64,000 nt of DNA from Lophium mytilinum (Eukaryota). This document shows positions 25,401 to 37,586 of the stretch, piece after piece (position 1 is the stretch's first letter; every line of letters begins with the position of its first letter). The notes below the pieces were generated by a model. The model did no database searches. It was given only the letters and a program-made list of their open reading frames with translations, and had not been told where the DNA came from. The translations under genes and the position numbers were made by a program. The stretch is from the NCBI GenBank assembly GCA_010093605.1, contig MU004199.1, positions 558,001-622,000 on the forward strand, in the 5' to 3' direction.

Positions 25401-27723
25401 AAGGTAGAAAAAGAACTATAGACTTACCTACCTACTATTCTAATACTAGATACTTCCCCTAATATCTATAACATTCTAAATAAAGAGGACTACTTTTATA
25501 ATAATTTTATATAATATATATATAATAACTATAAGTAGATATATATATTTAGACGGGACTTTAAGGGTAGAATATATAATAAGTATCTCTATAAAGCCTT
25601 ACTACTAGGCCTAGAGCTAAAATAAGCTATATAGATAGCTACTATTAATACTATAGAACGCTATAACTATCTAGTTAACCCCTAGCGGCTAGAAATGTAA
25701 ATTACCCTGCATAAAAATAATACTAAAAACTAGATTATAATATATATTAGTACTATATAACTCTAAGTCTATAATAGTATAAATATTTCTAGCCTTCTAG
25801 TTATTACTAATATTCTCTTTACGCTAAACCTTCTATATAATAGTATATCTAAATAATAGCTACTAGACTATAGGTTCCGCATTAAACCTAATAGAGGTTA
25901 CTTAACCTATAACTAGAATAATAGAGAAGACTATATTAACTCTATTATATATAGAATACTAGAATATAAAATTACTATTATTACTAACTATAATTATTAC
26001 CTTATCTATATATAGCCTAGTAATATATACTATATATAGTCTAGTAATATATAAGAACTCTTAGGTAGTATTTTCCCCTAAGAAGCTACCTATAATAATA
26101 ATAAGGTTATTACTAGCTATAAGAATACTACTAACTGTAGGGATTCTACTAACTATAGAGATACCGCTAACTATAGGGATGCCGCTAACTCTACTAACTA
26201 GCTAGCCCCTACACGCATTATATTATATTATAATTACCTTATTATATATTATATTATATTATTATTATATTATATTATACTACTATTACTTTATCTTATA
26301 TTATTCTTATATTATTATATACTACTACGCCCCTGCGCGTTCTAATATATAACTATAGTCTCTTTCTATATTTTAGAGAATATCTACTTTACTTCTATAC
26401 TCTATAATTAGTATACTTTATATCTAGCACTAAGTAATCTCTATATAGCTTAGTCCCTGCTCTATTATAACTTCTAAGTAGCTAACTAAGTATCTTATTA
26501 ACTACTTCTTAAGCTCTAAGCCCTCTTAGGCCTATTCTATAAGCCCTAAGCACTCTTAGGCCTACTCTACCTCCCCTTAGCTAAGCTATCTTTTCTTAAA
26601 GCCCTTATATAGAGGCTATATAAGAAGAAGATACTAGAGATACTATAGAGTAAATAGAGGGTATACTTAATACTATAGAAACTATAGGCACTATAGAGAA
26701 TACTAGATATACTACCCCTATCTCTAGATATATACGCTAAGTTCTAGTAGCTATTATAGTAATACCTCTACTACTAGCCCTTTAAGAGGAATATTACTAC
26801 TACTCTACTAGCGTATACTACTAAGGCCTAGAACTCTATATATCTAGAAAATCTACTACTTCTATACTATTAACTTTAACTATAGTTTTAATTCTAGTAG
26901 TAGAATTTATCTACGCCCTAGAATATATAGATAGTAACTATAAAAAGGGTAGCCTACCTCTACGCTCCCCTACTAGGCTAAGTAGATACCTAATTATCTA
27001 TAGTAGAGACTAGACTACTATTAACCTAGATATTACTAATAGCCTAATTAGAACCTATAGTAGTATCTCTCTAGTTAATAGTACTTTTAATATCTATTTA
27101 TATACTACTTCTTACTCTTATAGCTTTTATATCTTCTATACCTACTATAGACTCTAGCTCTATCTAGCTACTTAAGCCTACCTTAATAATAGAATAGATA
27201 CTTTTCTTAATAACTATATTATAGTTATAGACTTAGTACTACTATACTACTATCTTAAGAAAAATAACTAATATAAATATATTATTCTAGGTACTACCTA
27301 CCTAATATATTACTTCTAGGTAATACTTATAGTTCTTAAAGGTGTTTAGAATAATATATAGTACTATACTAACTATAAAGCTATCTATAGCTACCTTAAT
27401 AATCTAGAGAATAGACTAAGATTCTATCTTACTATAGTTATATAGGGATAGTATACTACCTTTACTACTAATAACTTAGCTTAGTAAGTATAAGTTAAAA
27501 AGGGGGGAATTAAGCTAAGTATACTATTTTTTTACCTTTTATTACTAACTATATTCTCTCTCTCTATACTTAGTCTTTTATACCTGCTTATACTAGCTCT
27601 AATAGTAGCCTTAGGTATTTAGTCTTAAAGCCTAGTATAATACTAGCTATCTTATTATTATATATATATACCTTATTCTAGTAGAAGTCCTACTAATTAC
27701 TATAAGCTTTAATTAAGTGGGAG

Positions 27724-27853
27724 TGTTAGAAGTTATTAATCTAACGCTCTTGGTCACGTGACTTCCGGGACTGCCGGTCACGTGCAGGCCTCTCCTGTAG
27801 TATATATGGGCGATGCCCCTCGAGTTGAATACAATTAAGGATTCACTTCAACA
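27724..27853 (+). repeat. 3' LTR
   Basis: TGTTAGAAG...TTCAACA, preceded by purine-rich AAGTGGGAG and followed by the TSD ATTCG. Confidence 0.95.
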
Positions 27854-28429
27854 ATTCGAGCAACTTAGTGAAGACGCTACGCAGACGCAAGACGAACTCG
27901 GCCAGCTCCAAATAGCAAATAACAAGTGGCGCGAAGAATTCGAGCTCGCGCGCTCCACGCGGGGAGACCTCTCGGACGTCGAGCAAGAGGTTGACAAGCT
28001 TGGCAAAAAGTTCAATCATATCAAGGAACGGCAACGACAGATCCTTGAGGAGTGCCGGCAGATCGTAGACAGGCTGAGGGAGCTCACGACCCTGGAGGAG
28101 GTACGTATACTGCACTACTTCATAGTATATACAACAAGATGTAGTGCTAAACGAGAATCTAGGAGCTTGTTCGCACCCCTTAGACAATAGCCCACCTAGG
28201 CGTAGGGACAACAGTGTTTGCAAGTGGATGAGCTTGAAATTATGCCATGAACTCAGTGTTATGCTCTTTGGTCCGCACTTGATGGCTTAGAATAGCTCAA
28301 AAGGCTACAAGGGTGCGCAGATCTTCTCAGGGTCGAGGCCTAATTCACGTTGTCGGGTCGACACATCCTCAAGTAGCCTGATTCAAGACTGGTTTTCATA
28401 ATACAATACCAAGACATAAGTTTGGGCAC

Positions 28430-28605
28430 CTCTTGCGACTGCTTGGGGCACCTCGATAAGTGTGAAATATTCCGACTCGATGTAAAGGCCAACGCAATGG
28501 ATATCAGACTAGCTCTTGAGAAAAGCTAATTACTAGCCGGGGCACCCCTTACAGTGCCGTCAAGTGAGCAAGAGTGGAGCCTGAGGAGTGCAATATCCAT
28601 GTCCC
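28430..28605 (+). repeat. Copy 2 of the diverged direct repeat
   Basis: Collinear with 18420-18605. Confidence 0.7.
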
Positions 28606-28899
28606 GCGCGGGTCTTCTTTCCCGCGGTTTTCAAATCTTCAGGCTTGTGAAAGAGCTCCACTCTCCAAAGTTCTGTTTTCACCGTCACAGCCACCTACCG
28701 TGTCTCGAGATCCCTCAACCCTCCCCTAAACGCGCGATTCCTCCTAAGACAGGCCTTGGCCTTCAGGGCTGCAATACTAAGGACGTCTTACAGCCGCTCT
28801 GTATTATTTCTATTCTCTATGTAACTCCCTCGGCAACCTTGACCTGGCACCCTCACTATGCACCCACTGAACTGTTCCGGCTCCTTTTACTTACATCTC

Positions 28900-29410
28900 C
28901 TACATTTCCTACATTTCTTACATTTCCTATATTCCCTACATTTTCAATACATTTCCTACATTACTCCTATTACTCCTATTACTCTTATTACTGCCTTTGC
29001 TCGCTTTGCTGCCTTTGCTCGCTTTACTGCCTTTGCTCGCTTTACTGCCTTTGCTCGCTTTGCTGCCTTTACTCGCTTTACTGCCTTTGCTCGCTTTACT
29101 GCCTTTACTCGCTTTACTACCTTTGCTCGCTTTACTGCCTTTGCTCGCTTTACTTGCTTTACTGCTTTGCTCGCTTTACTTGCTTTACTGCTTTTACTCC
29201 CATTACTGCCTTTTCTACCTTTACTTCTTTTAATACCTTTACTTCTTTTACTACCTTTTACTGCCTTTACTAGCTTTACTGTCTTTACTCCTTTTACTAC
29301 CTTTACTCGCTTTGGTGCGTTTACTACTTTTACTCCTATTACTGCTTTTACTCCCAATGCTGCTTTTACTCCTAATACTGCCTTTACTCCCATTACTCTC
29401 ATTACTCCCC
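28900..29410. repeat. Compound 9/18-bp minisatellite
   Basis: Units CCTACATTT, TTACTCCTA and (TTTACTGCCTTTGCTCGC)n. Confidence 0.9.
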
Positions 29411-29951
29411 AACCCGCCCCAGATACCGCATCGGCCCTCCGCCCCTTTTGTCCCATCACACGCCGTATAGCCACCTAAAGCCTCACATCCACCAACCCAG
29501 CGCCAAACCCCTCTCTATCACCTCCCCTACACCCTGCCAACCCTCTCCCCTCCGCAACTCTCGCGTGTTATGATTTTCGGACGCAAAGAAGGACCTTGAG
29601 TTGGCGGGCGGGTAGCTGTGCTGGCTTGCCATATATTTTCAATATCTGCAAGACCGTCTTAATACAGGGGTGGTTTATCTTGTTTATACTCTATCCGCAC
29701 AGCATGCTGAAGAATGTTGGTCGTCTCTGTTTCTTGGTTTTCAGGTGTGTGATTAAGGAGACCTATCATTTATAGTCACGAGCTGTGAGTCTGGTAAAAT
29801 AGTCTGCCACTGTTACCCATAGGGTTCCCATAATCTAGAAGCGATGCCATGTTCCATATAGCGGAGTCTGAGCTGCCTCTTGACTAGCCAGCTATTCATC
29901 GACAGCGGCGAATAAGAGACACAAGAATTAATTAAGACCTCAGAGATGCCC

Positions 29952-31545
29952 CTATATCTTCTCCCCCTCCAAAATCCCCTTCGCCTCCTCCCCCCTCCAC
30001 CAACTCACCCCCTCCTTCCCAGGAAACTCATACGCCGCCATACTCTCCCTCTTCATCTCCACACTATACCCGGGCTCCATCGGCGTCCTATAATACCCCT
30101 CGACAATCTCCGCCGGATGCAAAAAGTGCTCATGCAGGTGATCCACATACTCCAACAAACTCTTCTTCCCCGACACAACCACATAATCAATCGTACTTAA
30201 ATGCTGCGTATACTCCGGCAACCCCACACCCCCCGAATGCGGCACAATCGGGATCCCAAACTTCGCCGCTAGCAACAACACCGCCAGCACCTCGTTCACG
30301 CCGCCCAGCCGACACGCGTCGATCTGGCAGATATCGATCGCCTCGGCCTGCAGAAACTGCTTGAACATGACGCGGTTCTGGCACATCTCGCCCGTCGCGA
30401 CGCCGATGCCCAGCGGGCGTAGCGCCTTACGCACAGCGGCATGGCCGAGCACGTCGTCCGGGCTCGTCGGCTCCTCGATGAACCATGGCTTGAACTCCGC
30501 GAGCTGCTGCATGTAGGTGATGGCTTCGGGGACCGACCAGACTTGGTTCGCGTCCACCATCAGCACGTTACCCGCGTCATAGCCGATGACCTCGCGCGCG
30601 ATGCGGAGCCGTGTGCGGTCGGTCGCGACGTCGCTGCCGACTTTGATCTTGAAGTGGCGGAAGCCTTTCGCGAGGGTTTCTTGCAGCAGGCCGCGCATCT
30701 TGTCCTCCCCATAACCGAGCCAGCCCGCAGACGTCGTGTACGCGGGGACCGCCTTGCTTTCTTCCGCCTCCTTAACCCGCGCTGCCTTCCCCGCCTCCGC
30801 TTTCTCGAGGATCGCGAGGGCTTCTTCGGGGGTTAGCGCGTCGGTGATGTAGCGGAAGTCGATGCAGGCGACGACCTCGGCGGGCGTCATGTCGGCGACG
30901 ATGCGCCACACGGGCTTGTTGAGGGTTTTCGCCCAGAGGTCCCAGAGCGCGTTGACGACGGCGCCGAGGGCGAGGTGGATGACGCCTTTTTCGGGGCCGA
31001 TCCAGCGGAGTTGCGAGTCGGAGACTAGGTAGCGCCAGGTGGCGCCCCAGTTGGAGACGAGGGAGGCGAGGGTGCGGCCGGCGAGGCGGTCGGTGAGGTA
31101 GGTTATTGCGGTGCAGACGACGTCGTTGCCGCGGCCGATTGTGAAGGTCTGGGGGGTGGGGTTAGTTTTGGGGGGAGAGAGGGGGTGGGAAGGGTAGAGA
31201 GGATGGGTTTTAGGGGTTAGGGGAATGGGGAGTTCTATATTTCTTGGTGTGACTGAAGAAGGAGGTTTGGAATCAAGCAAGAAGAGGCATTTGAGAAAAG
31301 AAAGGATTAAGGTAGTACCATTCCATGTCCAGTGTATTCAGAGTCCGTATATAGAATGCAATACGCAGATGAGTAGTCTCCCGCTGCGTTCATAGCATCC
31401 GAGCCCGTCTTGTCGAGAGAAGTCTACAAAGCTCCGTTAGCTCCCACGTAGCTTTCAGCCATTCTCAACGAGAGGCCGACGAGACGGTAGAAACACATAC
31501 CGGAAACCTGACATCACGCGTCTCAGCGCGAGTAATAGTGACCAT
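29952..31545 (-). CDS. lgd1: L-galactonate/L-fuconate dehydratase (enolase superfamily, ENOSF1-like)
   Basis: Spliced start MVTITRAETRDVRFP|TSLDKTGSDAMN...|TFTIGRGN, followed by SQLRWIGPEKG, AYTTSAGWLGY, KIKVG, DANQ, EEPTSPDD, TGE and EYVDHLHEHF. Confidence 0.9.
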
Positions 31546-32255
31546 GATGTCCCAGTTATACGTGGTGTTCCGATTCAAAATTGATGCTTTCTCCGCGTTA
31601 CAGGACGTCCAAGCACGAAGTAAATCAATCGACTCGGGGTGAATTTTAGAAGTTTCTAGGTTGTCTCCTCGAATCACGTAAGTAACAGTTTCTTAGACGA
31701 AGAAAGAAATAGCAGACACGCAGCGTCTTTATAAAAGCTTATGCTCCCGTCGGGAGGCGATGTCGGATTAACTCTGGACCCCGCGGCGGGGCCTGATAGG
31801 TGGAGAAAGTCTTTCCGATGCCATCACCGGCGTAGCACCGTCCGGCTATTGCCCTATGCGGCTTTTCGTGGGGTGGGTGTCTCGTGACAGTGTAGAATGA
31901 ATATTGATGAAGTGAAGATGGAGGAGTTGAGTCTAGATGGTAGCTGGTCAGTTTTAAAGTTTAAGCTGGGGTGGTTCCGTTCACGTGGGTGGCACAGCTT
32001 AGGATGCTTCCCCCAGTTTCACAACTCCGAGCCTGCAGTGTAATGTTGACTCATTCGTTCACGGACAGAAAGGGTAGTCTCTTTAATAAAATAAAAGGGA
32101 TATTGCATTAAGCTGCGTAACTACCACACCACCCATCCTATACATCTGCATTCAACATCCAAGACATCCCAAAGATCATAAACGTAACAAATCCCTAGCA
32201 CCGCCGGGGCCATCTTATCTCATCTCGGTATATACATAAGTGATACATATAGAGT

Positions 32256-34305
32256 TTACTGTGGCTTAGAAGCGGAAGCGATCTCGCCCTCGCTGCTGCC
32301 CCTCTCAGCATCGAAGTCCTTGCCCTTATGGTGGGCGATGCGGTTCCACTCTTCCTTATCCGCGTTCTCGTCGATCTCATTGGCCGTGATCTCAGGCGTC
32401 TCCTCGTCCTCGATTTCCTCAGGGAGGATGAGGTTGAGGATGAGAGTCAGGAAGGCGGTAAGCGCGAAACCGGTCTCCATGACAAGCACAATGGCGTTGT
32501 AGAAGCCGAGGAGAGCGTGGTTGTCGCCTGTGTAGGTGAAGACATAGCTGAACCAGCTGTGAGGGTGTCAGACGCCTGTTATTGAAGCAAATACGTGGCT
32601 GGGTAGACTTACTCAGGTACCAGAGTGGCGCCGAAACCAACAGAAAGACCGCAAGTCAAGACGAAGCGGGTTCGGCGAGTGAAGGGGACGGTAGACATGA
32701 TGCGAACACCGGAAACAGCGACAGCGCTGAAGAGGAAAGTGGTCATGCCACCCAAGACTGCGCTGGGAATAGCAACAAGAGCGGCCGCGAACTTAGCGAA
32801 AATGCCCATTATGAGTAGCCAGAAACAGCATGCATAGCCAGCCTTTCGGTTGGCGCACTTGGTAAGAGCAATGACACCGTTGTTCTGGGCGAATGTGCTC
32901 ATGGGAGTGATGGTCTAAATGGAGGTTTAGAATAGAGGGTCAGGCAATGACAGAAATTGAAAACTTACGCAAAGAGCAGCGATGATACCGTTCAGTCCAT
33001 CAGCTAAGACACCTCCCTGGATACGAGAGTCGAAGAGCGGGCCATCGACTTCAAGACGAGAGACATCGCAGGTGGCGGTGATATCACCTATTGCCTCCAT
33101 AGCAAGCACAATGTAGACCGCTAATAGGGGTAACACTATAGGGCCGTATACACTTAGTTTGAACGTATGCACCCAAATGAAGGAGGCGGCCGGAGAAGAG
33201 TCAATGCTGGAGCGGTCGAAATATCCACAAGCAGCAGCAACAATGCAGCCGACCAAAAGACCAATGACAACGGCTGTGGACTTCATGATCGGGCTGCCAA
33301 ATCGTTCGCAGAGAATGATAGTGAGGAAGACCAAGAAGCCAAGGCCGATGAACTGGGCGCTTCCCCAGGGAAGAGCATGGGGAGCATAGATGGTCGGGCA
33401 GAGCTGGAAGATGCCTGAGGTCGGGCGGGAAGCGCAATCGTTGGATCCTCCAGCCCAGTTCTGGAAGCCAGTCTCGATCAGATGGACGCCAATGAGTGTG
33501 ACGGTAGGGCCGGTAACGAGAGGCGGGAAGAACTTCTTCAAGTACTTGGGCGAAGTGAAGGACATGAGCACTTCAAGCAGGGCACAGCAGGCCGCCGTTC
33601 CGAGAATTGCTCCATACCCGTCTGGGCAAGGTAGTTTGGTTCCATCGGCAGCAGTAGGACAAAACCCGGTAGCGTACATCTGAGCCAGAGCACCTGTCGC
33701 GACGGGAATTGTGGCGAACGAGGTTCCGACGACTGAAATGAGACCGGTGCCAATGTAGTAGGGAGTCTTGTAAATGTGGAAGCGAGTGATTTGCACTGAG
33801 GACAGGATTCCACAGACAATGAGCGAGGTTGAGACTAGGTATTGTTGCAGACCTCCGTCTAGATTTGCGGCATTGCCAAGAATGATGGGTGGAGTGATGA
33901 TACCTGTGGGAAGTGAGAAGGGGAATTCTGGAAAGTCATGTTTGCAGAAGCCGTACCAGCCAACATAGAGAGCGCGTGCTGGAAACCTAGCAGAAGCGCG
34001 AGGAATACGGGCATCTTGTCATTGAGGCCGAAGAAGGGGGCAGCTCGGCGCTCCCTCTTCGTGAAGGGGATGTTTGGCATGAATAGGAAGCCATAATCAT
34101 ATGTTCCAATGAGGCCATCCCTATAGAGTGTTAGTTCTTGAGCTGCAAGAAAAGACGGTTTCGACGAATGAAGCAAGCAATGGTCGGTGGGCATTTCGAA
34201 GGGAGCTCACTTGGTAGTGAAGGCCTTGAAGAACCTCCTCGCTTTTTCACCGAAGCTCCTCTTTGGTGTGGTATCAGGACCAATTTGATTTGGTGAGTCG
34301 TCCAT
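32256..34305 (-). CDS. uapC: NCS2/NAT-family purine (uric acid-xanthine) permease, UapA/UapC-like
   Basis: LGFQHALSML, GLISVVGTSF, MEAIGDITAT, and the NAT signature STFAQNNGVIALTKCANR. Multi-exon. Confidence 0.9.
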
Positions 34306-35060
34306 GGCAGCAACAGGGAACAGACTTGGTAGTTTGGGTGATCACTTTTGAGGGTTTGGTGGAACCTTTTATGGTCGTTCAGAGCTTCATGCACTCTCGC
34401 TTATCGTGGACCGGCGGGGAGCTGTATTTGGTATGGTGCAAAGATACAGATGATTGATTGGCAGCAGATCTTGATAGCTATCAGAGCTTCGATGGCCGCA
34501 ATGTCCAATGGCAGTTGGAAGCTGGAGCTGAACTGGATCGCGGGAGCTGGAACGGATCTTGGGATCGCGACGCTGGTTTTTCGGCGCTATGCTGCTGCGG
34601 GGTCTGACGTCTCAAAGGCGTAGAAGGCGGGAACACACTCTGGTAATTGGAGGATGCTGGCTGGATGGGAAGATCAATTCTAGCTGCACTCCCTCTGGCT
34701 TTAATACTGGAGGAGGAGAGCAGAGTTATCACGGCCAAGGACTCGCGATACACAAATTTCGCAGCTAAAGTGGTTCTCTGCATCCCGCGGGGGCTCCGCC
34801 AGGGCCTGAGGTTGGTCCAGGCAGCGCCCAGGGTGCATCGTGGGCGATGCGACTGTGGGAGCGGCCGACGAGCATCGTTATCCGCCGTAGCGCCGTCACG
34901 ATGCCCTCGTTTTTGGTGGCTGCTTGGCGGCTGCTTGGCGGCTGCTGGGCGGGAGGCGGGCGATCGAGCAATGCCTTGTGGTAAAACCCTCCGGGGAGAA
35001 GGCTGATAAGACGTCCAGAGTGCTGCTAATTGGCTGACCAGCTTGTGCGGTCATGTGACC

Positions 35061-35073
35061 CGGGCAGCTCCGA
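35061..35073. promoter_or_regulatory. Candidate UaY/Ppr1-type CGG-N6-CCG site upstream of the purine permease
   Basis: CGG-GCAGCT-CCGA lies ~760 bp upstream of the ATG, with GATA motifs nearby (e.g. GATAAG at ~35005). Confidence 0.35.
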
Positions 35074-37586
35074 CGAATACGCCTCCGACATCGTCTTGTG
35101 GAGCATCAAGTGCCGCGATTTTTGTGGAGAAGGCCCGAAACGCGGGTGCGTCTGGAGCTTCATAGCTCGTGCAGACAGAGCTTGCAGACCGTGTAATGCC
35201 ATCGAGGGCGCCGCATGCCGACACAGCTATCTTCGGGGGGCTGTTGCTACGACTCCACAGTACGACGTGTATCTTTCTTCTTCTCTTGGCTGTCTGTGTT
35301 GCGTCAGCGGAAGTGGCTCTGGATTCTGTCGTAAGGGGCATCCACTGATTTGCATGTCGTCCGGATGGCCCGGCTCTGTCATTGATGTCGTAAATCTCTC
35401 ATTTTGTTAACTTTGCTTCTTGCGTCTCAGATCTAATGACCAAAGTTGTCCTCCGGGGATAGGTGCTGCTGCTTCCGTTCTCAGCAGGGGGAAAAGATGT
35501 GGAAGTGTGATAGAATAAAAGTAAGTTCTGATGTGGGATTTCTTTGCTTTCGAATGTTAAGAGTTACCCTACGAAGGCGACAATATTGGGGGGTCTAGTT
35601 GTTCTTGTACTACTCATGGGCGCTGACACAACGTGGAGGAAGAATGCCACTACCTAGGTATTTACATAACTGTTCTACGCGGACATCCAATCATCGAGGC
35701 CGAATGCAGACGGACAAGATGCCGCCATTCTTAGCGAGTATTCCTCGATCCCGCAGGACGTGACCACCATAAGAAGCAATCAAATGGAGGCCACAGCTAT
35801 GGCCCTGGTCCAAGCTTTCCATGCAACCTCAGTGGTTCTGATAGGCTCGAAGGATAAGGGTGTGGCGGATTCCAAAGACCACTTCGAAGGAGCCATTGGA
35901 TATACGACCGGAAAGATGAAGCGATGCTCCCCATCGTCTTTCGACTTCTTCAAAGCACGAAGTAGCAAAGCTGCCTGCCCTCTGGGGTCGCTCACACAGC
36001 CATAAAAGGCAGACGACGTGGAATCCTTCGCTTTCGATCGAGGCCGTGACGCTGAGAGACGATTGTTGGGACCGGTACAGGATCACGCAGAAATTCCCCA
36101 AACAGATTTGCTTGCGATAGACCTCATATATTCGACTATAATTGGATACTTTTCCTTAAGGAAGACGAAAAAGATCGAAGGATGATGTAGATGACGGCAC
36201 CATCTCCTCCCGTCGATTATCGACAGAGTCAGCCAAACCGCAGTGGAGCTGTTATCGACACGGGATGCTGCACAGTAGGCAGGCAGCGAAATGTTGAGAT
36301 GCAGCTGTCTATCACGGAGATGCTTCCTTGAGCTTAATAGAGCGTGTCCTCGGTGGGACATTGTGCGAGTTATCAGGCGACCGATTTGCATGTGATGCAC
36401 ATTACTAGGGTGCCAAATGCCGCAAAACCTCACAGGGAAACTTGTCTAGAGGGTTGGTGAAGAGTTATTTTGTGAAGTGACCAGGCTTGGCATACACGCA
36501 TCTGGATGATGCAGGTGCACTCATAGCGCTGGCAGTACACTTCCCATCATGGCATCCTCTCGCCCCAGCTGAGATATTGATACACTTCAGCAGTCCTTTA
36601 ATATGGTCTGACCCTATAAGATGGCCAGCTAGATATCTGTGTAGGTTTACCGCCACGTGACTTCTCAACAGTTTCGTAGTATTTTCATGAAACAGTTAGC
36701 GTGCTGAATCTGTAACACTAACTGCCTTTCTCAGATGACGCTCCTGCAGAACTGTGAGTGTGATGCATGCCCTAGGCGGTTAGTCTTCAAGCTCCCAGAT
36801 ATCAAACTTTGGGCCTGTACGGGGCCAGCAAAAGGCGATGACCACGCCAGCAACACGTGAGCATGGTGCTCCCAACGATTTGAGGAGCAGAAGTGGAAGA
36901 AAGCTGTGGGCCGAGGTCTGTCGTGCCCAGTAATCCGGCGTTCCGGGGTCGCATGAGTACCGCGTTTTCTGGGGTTGCTCCGACTTTGTGCACGGCGGCG
37001 GTTGATAAGGCTGAACTTCCGAGCTTGCAACTTGGTGGGAAAGGGTCCACAAATTCGCCGGCCCCTGTACGCCTTCGACGCCACCGCTGCCTGCGTACCA
37101 CCACGAGCAAAGGTGCTTCCGGCCGCGTTGCTGGCTATTTGCAGCTTCAAAATCCGAAATCTGGCCTCGCCGCAGCCTCCTGCAGCTCTATCCCGAGCAG
37201 GCAGCGATTTGCCCTCCGTCTGGCCATGGCGGAAGGTGAGAAGGCTCGTCATGCAAGGGCCCGACTCGCTTAGCCTCCTGCGTGGGGAGAGCATCGCGGC
37301 TGCTTATGATGTTGTTGGGCTCAACATTTTGCTGATCTGGATCCGGCACAGCAATCCTTTCCTTCCGCCCACCAGCCCTTATTAACCTGCCCCGCCGCCG
37401 ACTCTCTCTGCAATTACACGCATTCTCTCTGAGACTCCTCTGACCACGACATTCCTTCGCTGAGTCCCCTCGAGCACCGCCTAGAAGGTCCCCGAAGCCG
37501 ACAGCTTCCCCGGCACCTTCCACGTCTGGGCTCCTCCTGCACGTCAACTTCGCTTCTTCACCTCTCCTCTTCGCGACACCACCAAA

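Larger units (their letters stand above)
19298..27853 (+). mobile_element. Ty1/copia LTR retrotransposon, full length (8556 bp), inactivated by RIP
   Basis: 130-bp TG...CA LTRs and a 5-bp TSD ATTCG. Reversing the transitions recovers protease WFVDSGASRH (~21760), integrase DNGGEF/EQNGTAE (~22370-22690), RT HQMDIKTAFLYG, ALYGLKQSPR and YVDDLL (~23830-24100), and RNase H (~24570-24970), in copia order. Extreme TpA excess. Confidence 0.95.
18887..28183 (+). pseudogene. Small coiled-coil protein gene (~202 aa when reconstructed), disrupted by the copia insertion
   Basis: Removing the element and one ATTCG copy restores the frame RLQEERLALEVRF|EQLSEDATQTQDELGQLQ. Introns at 19064-19128 and 28101-28162. 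Confidence 0.7.

Noticed and set aside
19288..27885. Idea that the copia lies in an intron (GTACGA...ACGCAG)
   Set aside because: The reconstructed interval is only 36 nt, lacks a clear branch site and reads in frame as coiled-coil sequence, so an exonic insertion is more parsimonious.
28990..29180. Regular repeat array considered as CRISPR or telomeric
   Set aside because: No unique spacers, eukaryotic context, and the unit is not TTAGGG.
28554..29478. Long ORFs with FARFTA / CLCSLY / LLALLP / VKRAKA repeats
   Set aside because: Open in many frames only because the minisatellite unit lacks stops; no other coding evidence.
35400..37500. ORFs between the purine permease and OLE1
   Set aside because: No motifs or codon bias; treated as divergent promoter DNA.
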